Under the pieces are notes generated by a model, which was not told where the DNA came from, did not search any database, and was given only the letters and a program-made list of their open reading frames with translations. From Mucisphaera calidilacus (lineage in GTDB: Bacteria > Planctomycetota > Phycisphaerae > Phycisphaerales > Phycisphaeraceae), in assembly GCF_007748075.1 (NCBI RefSeq), contig NZ_CP036280.1, forward strand, positions 2,910,001 through 2,942,000: a DNA stretch of 32,000 bases, written 5' to 3'. Position 1 is the first letter of the stretch. Each line of letters begins with the position of its first letter. A program made the position numbers and the translations under genes. Below, piece by piece: positions 18,225-25,520 of the stretch.

Positions 18225-20618
18225 ATGAACCTCCGGCTTCCGTGGGCAACCGACGACCTCCCCTCCGAGCCACACGCGCGACTCGAAACCCTCGAATCGC
18301 GCCTCCTCCTCGCAGCAGACGGCTTCGACGAGCAGGCGCTACGCGACGCCATCCTCGATGACAACCCCCACGCCGTCATCGCCATCGACCACGACACGAC
18401 CACCATCACCATCGCCTCCGAACAGGACCTCAACCTCGATCAGGAATTCTCCGACCTTTATCCCGAAACCTACGACCTCGTCATCACCACCGAAGGCAAG
18501 CTCAATCTGTCTTACGTGGACGCCCCAAACAGCTCAGGAAGCCTTGAAGGCAGGACCCTTGTCGACCCCAACAATGTAGTTACGGCATCCACCTCCGGCT
18601 CCGCGTCCAGCGGCGCCGTCACCCTCACCAGCACCGCCAGCACCGCCCGACCCCAACGACAATACAACACCAGCCAATACTTCCCCGATATCAGCCTCGA
18701 CAACGTCGAAACCAACTGGATTCAAGACGAGGCCGTCAGCATCCGACTCCCCCTCACCATCAACAGCACCAGCAGCCATCCCATCAAACCCGGCTCCACC
18801 TGCAACCTCACCGTCGCACTCGTACCCGTCGATGACAGCAGCAACGCGCAGGTCATCCACACCGAGAACGACCTGCGACTCAATGGCCTCCGCGCCGGCG
18901 GACAAAAAAGATTCAACATCAACCTTACCCTCCCTGAATACGTCGACCCCGGCGAATATCACATCAGACTGTCGGCCCGGCCCGAGTTTTACGCCACCGC
19001 CCGCGTCCACACCACCTCAGGCACCATCACCGTCGAGGACGGCCAACGCGAACTCGCCGCCCACATCCTGCACACCAGGCTTCCCCAGACCGTCGTCGCC
19101 CAACAACGCCTCCGCGGAAGCGTCACCGCCACCATCCGCAACGAAGGCAACCTCAACACCGATCCCCGCACCCCACACACCTTCACACTCCACGCCGTGT
19201 CCGCCGACGGCACCGCTCCGATCGTTCTCGCTGAGCGGACACAGCGGCTCGGCCGCCTGCAGCCCGACGCCACACGCAAGGTCCACTTCCGCGTCAACAC
19301 CACCCTCGTCGATACCGGCCTCTACACCCTCGCTGTCACCATCGACACCAACAGCATCAGCGCCGCTCAAACCAACAACGCAGCACCCGCCCCGAACAAC
19401 GACGCCGCTAGCGCCGCAGCACAAACCCTCGAAGTCGAACCCGCCTACCACGACCTCTCCCTCGAAATCAACGAAGCACGGCTCCGCCTGCCCCAGCAGA
19501 TTCTCGAAACCCAGACCCCACGCATCCGCATCCCCATCCAAGTCACGCTCGAAGGCAACACACGCTTCGCACGCGGCGCCACCTACAGCGTCGAAACCTA
19601 CATCAACACACCCGAAGGCGAAGTCGTCCTCGCCGCACGTGACAACCTCCGAGCCGATCGACTCCGGCCCGGACGCGCCCAGCGAATCAACCTCCTCGCG
19701 ACCCTCCCCGACAACCTCGACGCAGGCACCCACGACCTCAAGGTCCGTCTCGCCGCCAGCCCCCAGACCCACGAAACAAACGCGAACGACAACGCCAGCG
19801 ACAACAACGCCGACGCCATCCCCCTCAACATCCAGCAACGCGTCGACGACCTGGGCATCGAGATCCACAGCACACGAATCAACTACCGATCACTCCCATC
19901 GAGCCAGGAACCCCAGGCACTGGCCCACGCTACAGGTCGAGCCGTCGTCAACATCACCCATCAGGGCAACGCCAGACTCAGCCGAACCGATCAGGCCACC
20001 GTCGAACTCGTCGCCATCAGCAATGACGGACAATCCGTCACGTCTCTAGGCGAAACAACCGTCAACCTCCGCAACATGAAGCCCGGCTCCACCAAACGCG
20101 TCACCATCCGCACCCAAGTGATCGTTGTCGACACGCCCGAGGGATACTCCTATGGCGTACGCCTCCTGACCAGGCAGACCGACAGCAACCCCGCCAACAA
20201 TGTCGATCTTCAGAGCAACGGCCTCGTCATCAGCTCCCTCGCCACAACTGACGACAACGAGAACAGCGACTGGGCACCCGACCACGCCCTGGCAGGCGAG
20301 TACTACTTCAACCTCGCAACAGGCAGCAACGTCTACAACCAGGACGAACGCTACGAGATGTTCTTCAGCCAGAACCTTGGCGGCCAACGCGGAACCTACA
20401 CCGTCACCACCGACCAGGCACAGACCACCGTCGGCTCGGGTATCTACCTCTACGACAAGACCGACGACGACCAGGCCACCTTCACGCTCTTTGATTACCT
20501 CGGCGGCCTGGGCGGACTCGTGCTTGACTACACCGCACCCGGCCTCTTCGACTACGAACTCGAACTCAAGGGCACCGAGTGGTCTTCCTGGAAACGTAAA
20601 CAACTCCCCGTCATCTAG
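18225..20618 (+). CDS. large extracellular protein with about four CARDB/Ig-like repeats
   Basis: The N-terminus carries RLETLESRLLLAADG rather than a classical signal peptide. Repeated modules include GSVTATIRNEGNLNT...LYTLAVTID, GRAVVNITHQGNARLS...YSYGVRLL and LPDNLDAGTHDLKVRLAA. It ends with TAG. Confidence 0.6.
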   Translation: MNLRLPWATDDLPSEPHARLETLESRLLLAADGFDEQALRDAILDDNPHAVIAIDHDTTTITIASEQDLNLDQEFSDLYPETYDLVITTEGKLNLSYVDAPNSSGSLEGRTLVDPNNVVTASTSGSASSGAVTLTSTASTARPQRQYNTSQYFPDISLDNVETNWIQDEAVSIRLPLTINSTSSHPIKPGSTCNLTVALVPVDDSSNAQVIHTENDLRLNGLRAGGQKRFNINLTLPEYVDPGEYHIRLSARPEFYATARVHTTSGTITVEDGQRELAAHILHTRLPQTVVAQQRLRGSVTATIRNEGNLNTDPRTPHTFTLHAVSADGTAPIVLAERTQRLGRLQPDATRKVHFRVNTTLVDTGLYTLAVTIDTNSISAAQTNNAAPAPNNDAASAAAQTLEVEPAYHDLSLEINEARLRLPQQILETQTPRIRIPIQVTLEGNTRFARGATYSVETYINTPEGEVVLAARDNLRADRLRPGRAQRINLLATLPDNLDAGTHDLKVRLAASPQTHETNANDNASDNNADAIPLNIQQRVDDLGIEIHSTRINYRSLPSSQEPQALAHATGRAVVNITHQGNARLSRTDQATVELVAISNDGQSVTSLGETTVNLRNMKPGSTKRVTIRTQVIVVDTPEGYSYGVRLLTRQTDSNPANNVDLQSNGLVISSLATTDDNENSDWAPDHALAGEYYFNLATGSNVYNQDERYEMFFSQNLGGQRGTYTVTTDQAQTTVGSGIYLYDKTDDDQATFTLFDYLGGLGGLVLDYTAPGLFDYELELKGTEWSSWKRKQLPVI

Positions 20619-20726
20619 CCATCCCGACACAACAACAACTCAAACAACAACCACGCAAATAACAATTCGAAGAACAACAACAGCCAGGACAACACCTCCG
20701 ACTCTATTTCTTTCGGCTCGGCCTCA

Positions 20727-21161
20727 ATGCACATCGTCACTTCGTCCGGAAACCTTAACGCTGTCAATGTGATCGACTTGATAAGTCCCACGTTCTCAGA
20801 CGCCACGAACCTTGAGGTATTCCAACCCTGGGACTGGGACGACATCGAGTTCATACCTATCCAGACCGATCCTGAGATCAAGGATGAGACCATCTCCCAT
20901 GACCTTGGCTCTATCTCCGGAGGTTCGGCAGTTTTCGACAACCGCCCGAGCCCGACGTTCGAAACATATCAACCCACAGACCTCATCTTCGACCCACAGT
21001 ATCTCATCGAATCCGGGCAGATCCTGAGCATCACAGAACCCCTGTCATTGACGATCGCCGACGGCGAAACCATTTTCATCGAGCCCACAGGACCCCTCGC
21101 CTGCGATCCATTCGAAGAACTCGGCCTCAGTGGACACTTAATAATCACCACCATCGACTGA
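20727..21161 (+). CDS. hypothetical acidic protein (possibly the detached C-terminal part of the preceding gene)
   Basis: 144-aa ORF, about 50% GC. It is in the same frame as 18225-20618, and no stop other than TAG 20616-20618 lies between them. Confidence 0.5.
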   Translation: MHIVTSSGNLNAVNVIDLISPTFSDATNLEVFQPWDWDDIEFIPIQTDPEIKDETISHDLGSISGGSAVFDNRPSPTFETYQPTDLIFDPQYLIESGQILSITEPLSLTIADGETIFIEPTGPLACDPFEELGLSGHLIITTID

Positions 21162-21388
21162 GCCAACCCCACCAGAATCTCACCAATCTCTCCAACACCA
21201 CCGCCCTGTCGTCCCGAAAGGCCCGCGCTTTCCGAGCCATCTTCCCTCGGCCCTCGTCCGCGCTGTAAACCCCTCCATCACCGCGACGCACCCCTCAGCG
21301 ACCTCATGCTCGCCACCACAAGCCCGACCCAACCCTGACACCCCGCCCGGAAAACCCTTCTCCAAACACACACCGCGCGGTACACTTC

Positions 21389-21398
21389 GGGATATCCC
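21389..21398. promoter_or_regulatory. 10-bp palindrome GGGATATCCC in the 5' leader of the PEP-CTERM gene
   Basis: Identical to 18214-18223. It lies 21 nt upstream of ATG 21420 and precedes GGAGAAGAGAA. Confidence 0.3.
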
Positions 21399-21419
21399 TT
21401 AACCCCGGAGAAGAGAACC

Positions 21420-22541
21420 ATGCACCGCACACTCGCAGCTGGCGTCACTCTTGCAGCCCTCCTCGCTCCCTGCGCCAACGCCGACACACGCTTCTGGCAC
21501 ATCCAGAACACGGGTTACTACCACGACGGCAACGATGGCACCGCACTCGCCCTACGCAACGGCAGCGTCTGGCCGACCATCTTCACCGACGACGGCAGAG
21601 CACTCGCCCAGTTCGCCACCGGCTGGACCGATCTTGTCCCGTTCAACGTCTCACTCTTCCCACGCACCTACGACATGCCCCTCCGCGCCACCAGCTCCGC
21701 CGACCACCGGGTCACCGTCACCACCGATGACCAGTCCTCAGGATCAGGCTACCTCTCAAACAACGGCGTCACCCTCAGCCGCACCGGCTTCACACCCCTG
21801 CCCGACCACACCCTTGCCGCCGACTACGGGCCCGATGGCAACCTCTACCTGCTCCTCAAAAACCCCGACACGTCTGACCGCTACGTCCCCGGACTCCCCG
21901 ACCCGGAGTACAACGACTACCACGACATCGCCGTCTCTCCCTTTGGCGAAGTCGGACTGATCGACGACCGATACGGCTTCGCTGAATACAGCCCGCTCCG
22001 AGGCGACTGGCAGTACGTCGACTTCTACGACCTGCCCGATCCCGACAACCGCTTCAATAACTTCACCGCCATATCTCTCGAGTACGACGCCCTCGGCAGA
22101 CCCCACGTCCTCGGCGAACTCGACAACCAGGCCGCCGCGCTCGACTACCACCCCGCCACCGGATGGACGCTCACAGACTTCACCCAAGACCTCACGCTCA
22201 ACGGCACCTTCGACAAAGCCTACGACCTCGCCGCCGACTCCCTCGGCAACGTCGGAACCGCGCTCTATCTCGACGGCTTCGAGTCAACCGCCAACGCCCT
22301 GTACTACCTCCACCACGACGGCGACGAATGGTCCGCACACCTCGTCGAAAACGACACCAACCTCGACATCCGCTACGACGCCCAGTTCGGCATCGCCTAC
22401 GACCACGAAGACCTGCCCGTCATCTCCTACGTCACCAACGGCACCATCCACCTCGCCTACGACCCCATCATCGTTCCCGAACCAGCAGCGCTCACACTCC
22501 TCAGCCTGACCGCACTCACCCTCGCACGACGAACACGCTGA
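21420..22541 (+). CDS. PEP-CTERM-anchored secreted protein
   Basis: Signal peptide MHRTLAAGVTLAALLAPCANA. C-terminus IVPEPAALTLLSLTALTLARRTR, which is PEP motif, TM helix and basic tail. It is paralogous to the next gene (ATGW/PTGW segment). Confidence 0.75.
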   Translation: MHRTLAAGVTLAALLAPCANADTRFWHIQNTGYYHDGNDGTALALRNGSVWPTIFTDDGRALAQFATGWTDLVPFNVSLFPRTYDMPLRATSSADHRVTVTTDDQSSGSGYLSNNGVTLSRTGFTPLPDHTLAADYGPDGNLYLLLKNPDTSDRYVPGLPDPEYNDYHDIAVSPFGEVGLIDDRYGFAEYSPLRGDWQYVDFYDLPDPDNRFNNFTAISLEYDALGRPHVLGELDNQAAALDYHPATGWTLTDFTQDLTLNGTFDKAYDLAADSLGNVGTALYLDGFESTANALYYLHHDGDEWSAHLVENDTNLDIRYDAQFGIAYDHEDLPVISYVTNGTIHLAYDPIIVPEPAALTLLSLTALTLARRTR

Positions 22542-22554
22542 CCGGGAACACGCC

Positions 22555-24093
22555 ATGCACAACACACGCCACGCGATCCTGATCACCCTCGCCTGCTGCG
22601 CCGCCACCCACGCGCAATGGAACGCCCACGTCGCCGGCATCCCCCAACCCCAGGTCGGCGGCACACCCTTCCCGCGCTCCGCCGACGTCGCCGTCGACCC
22701 CACCAACGGTAGCGTCTGGATCGCTACCGACGACGGCGGCGCCTCCGGAACTTACGGGCCCGCAACCCTCACACGCTTCACCAACAACACCTTCACACCC
22801 CACACGCTCCCGGACCCCGTCTTCGGTATCGAACTCGACATCGACGACTACGGCACACCCACCTACGTCGCCCGCGCACCCGGAAACTTCGTCACCTCAG
22901 GCGTCTACATCGAACCCGCCGACGTCATCGAACAGACCCAACAGCCCATCCTCCAGACCCCCGCCTTCCCCGTCATCGACTACGCCGTGGACCCCCAGGG
23001 CATCCCCGCACTCGTCAACTTCAACCAGAGCGGCTTCAACTTCACCCGGTACGACGTCGCCAGCAACGACTGGTCAACCACACCCCACTTGTTCACCAAC
23101 CCCGAACTCCAACCCTCCTTCCGATCCCCGCCCGCCTTCGACTTCGACCCCCAGGGACGCCCCGTCGTCGCCTACCTCTCCGTCCAGAACACCGCCGTTG
23201 TCCTCCGACACGAACCGCTCCACGGCTGGCGACCCATCTCGTCCAACAAGCCCGCCAACAACCTCTACGGCATCAGCCTCGCCTTCTACGCCGACGGATC
23301 GCCCCTCTTCGCCTACGGCAACCAGCAGGGCCAGATCGTCGTCACCTCACTCGACGAATACCTCATCCCCACCACACAGATCGTCGACCAGGCCACCACA
23401 CGCCTCCTCCCCGACGCCCTCGCCGTCAACCCCGCCACCGACAGCCCCAGCATCGCCTACACCGCCGCGCCCTCACCCTTCAGCGACCTCATGCTCGCCA
23501 CCCTCCAACCCACCGGCTGGAGCACCACCCAACTCCCCTTCTCCGCCGGACGCGCCAACCTCGCCTTCAACGACGAGGGCACCCCCTACATCGGCGCCCT
23601 GATCACACGCCCCGCCGGACAGGACTTCGTCCAGAGCTACGCCGTCATCACCAACGACCCCGACCTCCACCTCCCAGGCGACTTCAACCACGACGGCATC
23701 TACTCCGCCGACGACCTCGACCACTACGCCAACAACCCCACCGACCTCGAAACCTACGACCTCGACCGCAACGGCGAGATCGACCCCAACGACCACCTCG
23801 TCTGGCTACGCATCTACAACCTCACCAGCCCAGGCGACATCAATCTCGACGGCAGCGTCAACCTCCTCGACCTCTCCATACTCGCCGCCAACTTCGACCA
23901 GCCCGGCTCCTACGCCCAAGGCGACCTCAACCTCGACGCCTCCATCAACCTCCTCGACCTCTCCATCCTCGCCAGCAACTTCACCGCCAACACCATCCCG
24001 ACCCCCGCCACCGCATCACTCATGACCCTCGCACTCCTCGCACTCCTCGCACTCCACCGCAATCAACCAAAACAACCCGAACCCCAACCCTGA
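22555..24093 (+). CDS. secreted protein with dockerin-like Ca-binding repeats and a PEP-CTERM-like anchor
   Basis: Signal peptide ILITLACCAATHA. EF-hand/dockerin loops DFNHDGIYSADDL, DLDRNGEIDPND, GDINLDGSVNLLDLSILAANF and GDLNLDASINLLDLSILASNF. C-terminal IPTPATASLMTLALLALLALHR. Confidence 0.75.
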   Translation: MHNTRHAILITLACCAATHAQWNAHVAGIPQPQVGGTPFPRSADVAVDPTNGSVWIATDDGGASGTYGPATLTRFTNNTFTPHTLPDPVFGIELDIDDYGTPTYVARAPGNFVTSGVYIEPADVIEQTQQPILQTPAFPVIDYAVDPQGIPALVNFNQSGFNFTRYDVASNDWSTTPHLFTNPELQPSFRSPPAFDFDPQGRPVVAYLSVQNTAVVLRHEPLHGWRPISSNKPANNLYGISLAFYADGSPLFAYGNQQGQIVVTSLDEYLIPTTQIVDQATTRLLPDALAVNPATDSPSIAYTAAPSPFSDLMLATLQPTGWSTTQLPFSAGRANLAFNDEGTPYIGALITRPAGQDFVQSYAVITNDPDLHLPGDFNHDGIYSADDLDHYANNPTDLETYDLDRNGEIDPNDHLVWLRIYNLTSPGDINLDGSVNLLDLSILAANFDQPGSYAQGDLNLDASINLLDLSILASNFTANTIPTPATASLMTLALLALLALHRNQPKQPEPQP

Positions 24094-24124
24094 ACAACAC
24101 CTCAGGCCGAATCAAAAACCCCGG

Positions 24125-24388
24125 GTGGCACACCCCTACGAGCCCCAAGCGCGAGCTTGGGGTGCCACACTCCAGACCGAGTCTGCGAGGGCTACCCACA
24201 GATCCCAGTGTTTTCTAACCCCCTACGAGCCCCAAGCGCAAGCTTGGGGTGCCACACCCATACGAGCCCTATCCGCAAGCTTGGGGTGCCACACTGCAAC
24301 CGAGCCTCCGAGGTTGCTGTGTGTAATCCACAGATCCTAGTGTTTTCTAAACCCTACGAGCCCCAAGCGCGAGCTTGGTGTGCCACAC
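24125..24388. repeat. REP-like array: four copies of a ~35-nt hairpin unit plus two copies of a 22-nt box
   Basis: The unit is CTACGAGCCCCAAGC-GCGA/GCAA-GCTTGGGGTGCCACAC. Hairpin stems (excluding the flanks) are at 24143-24162 and 24230-24249, a degenerate whole copy spans 24261-24294, and a fourth stem with one mismatch is at 24361-24380. The box CACAGATCC(C/T)AGTGTTTTCTAA is at 24197-24218 and 24329-24350. Confidence 0.75.
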
Positions 24389-24457
24389 CGCATCCGACTC
24401 CCTGAGGCTGCTGTCTGTGTCTCCCCTCACCCCCCAATATTTATCCAAATTTTCACA

Positions 24458-24485
24458 TTGACACCGCCCGCCCCCACCATATCCT
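24458..24485 (+). promoter_or_regulatory. candidate sigma-70-type promoter (TTGACA-N16-TATCCT)
   Basis: TTGACA at 24458-24463 and TATCCT at 24480-24485, about 90 nt upstream of ATG 24578. AAGGAGA lies before the ATG. Confidence 0.3.
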
Positions 24486-24577
24486 GACACGCATGTCCGA
24501 TGTCACGCTGAATTCATAAACCATCTTCCACGGGGACCCATCAACCCGCCGGGACACAGCAACACAAGGAGATAGCC

Positions 24578-25405
24578 ATGAGAAGCCTCACGCTTACAGC
24601 ACTCGCCGCAGCAGCAATCGCTACCGCCGCTTCCGCCGATCCATACAACGACACCTACCCCATGATGAGTAGCGAAGAAGCCGCCACCACGACCTTCAAC
24701 CTCCGCCCTCAGGTCGGAATCACCGACTGGACCTGGCAAGGCACAACGCTGATCGAATCATGGCTTGTTTACGGGGCCTACGACAACGAACCTGCCACGC
24801 CACCCAACAACGGCATCAGAAACTTCTACACCTGGCCAGGTGCAGAGCCGTACCGCTCTGCCAGCAGTTCCAACGGCAGACACTTCGCCGATTCCTCTCC
24901 CTCCAATATCTACTTCGAACATACCCATGCGATCTGGGCAGATATCTATAACAGCGAATCTCACGATTGGGACAGCAGTGTTCGGATTGGTCACGACACC
25001 AGCTGGTACTTCGACACGGACGACCCCGAGCACCCCGAGCCAACCCTCGAAGAGCACACGCACCAGGCCTTCCAGGTCATCACCCCGACAACCGCGTCGC
25101 AATGGACACTGATCGATGACCTCTCCTTCGCGCTCAACAACGAGAGCGGCCAGATCATGTTCGAGATACGCCTGAGCGATCATTACCATGCATCAGTCTT
25201 CGGATTTAACCAGACGGGCAGCCCGAATGACTCTCAGCACGCAACGCCGAACCCCGGCGACAGCCTGATCATGACATGGGATACCGAGTACACGGGCGTA
25301 TCCAATGAGTATCAGGCTGCCTTTGTGCAGGCATATTACAGCGTCCCAGAGCCTTCAGCCATCATGCTGTGTCTTGCTCTCTCAGGAATCCTTGCCCGCC
25401 AGTAG
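24578..25405 (+). CDS. PEP-CTERM-anchored secreted protein
   Basis: Signal peptide MRSLTLTALAAAAIATAASA. C-terminal VPEPSAIMLCLALSGILARQ. Confidence 0.7.
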   Translation: MRSLTLTALAAAAIATAASADPYNDTYPMMSSEEAATTTFNLRPQVGITDWTWQGTTLIESWLVYGAYDNEPATPPNNGIRNFYTWPGAEPYRSASSSNGRHFADSSPSNIYFEHTHAIWADIYNSESHDWDSSVRIGHDTSWYFDTDDPEHPEPTLEEHTHQAFQVITPTTASQWTLIDDLSFALNNESGQIMFEIRLSDHYHASVFGFNQTGSPNDSQHATPNPGDSLIMTWDTEYTGVSNEYQAAFVQAYYSVPEPSAIMLCLALSGILARQ

Positions 25406-25520
25406 TCATCACGACAGACCGTCATCGGCAAACGCCTAAACCGAACAGTTACCAGATGTCCGAGCACGTAGTTGTGAAGGCACATAGATATCTCTTGCCC
25501 CACCAGAGGAGAACGCAGCA

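Noticed and set aside
24125-24388. Possible CRISPR array
   Set aside because: Repeat spacing is irregular (86, 37 and 94 nt) and two units are almost adjacent. The spacers are themselves related to each other, the repeats are degenerate, and no cas genes are nearby.
24192-24449. DnaA-box-like 9-mers: CTACCCACA at 24192, TAATCCACA at 24324 and TTATCCAAA at 24441
   Set aside because: They match only 7-8 of 9 positions. Two of the three are simply part of the duplicated 22-nt box. That number of near-matches is roughly what chance gives in 32 kb on two strands, and they lie 4.5 kb from the skew flip.
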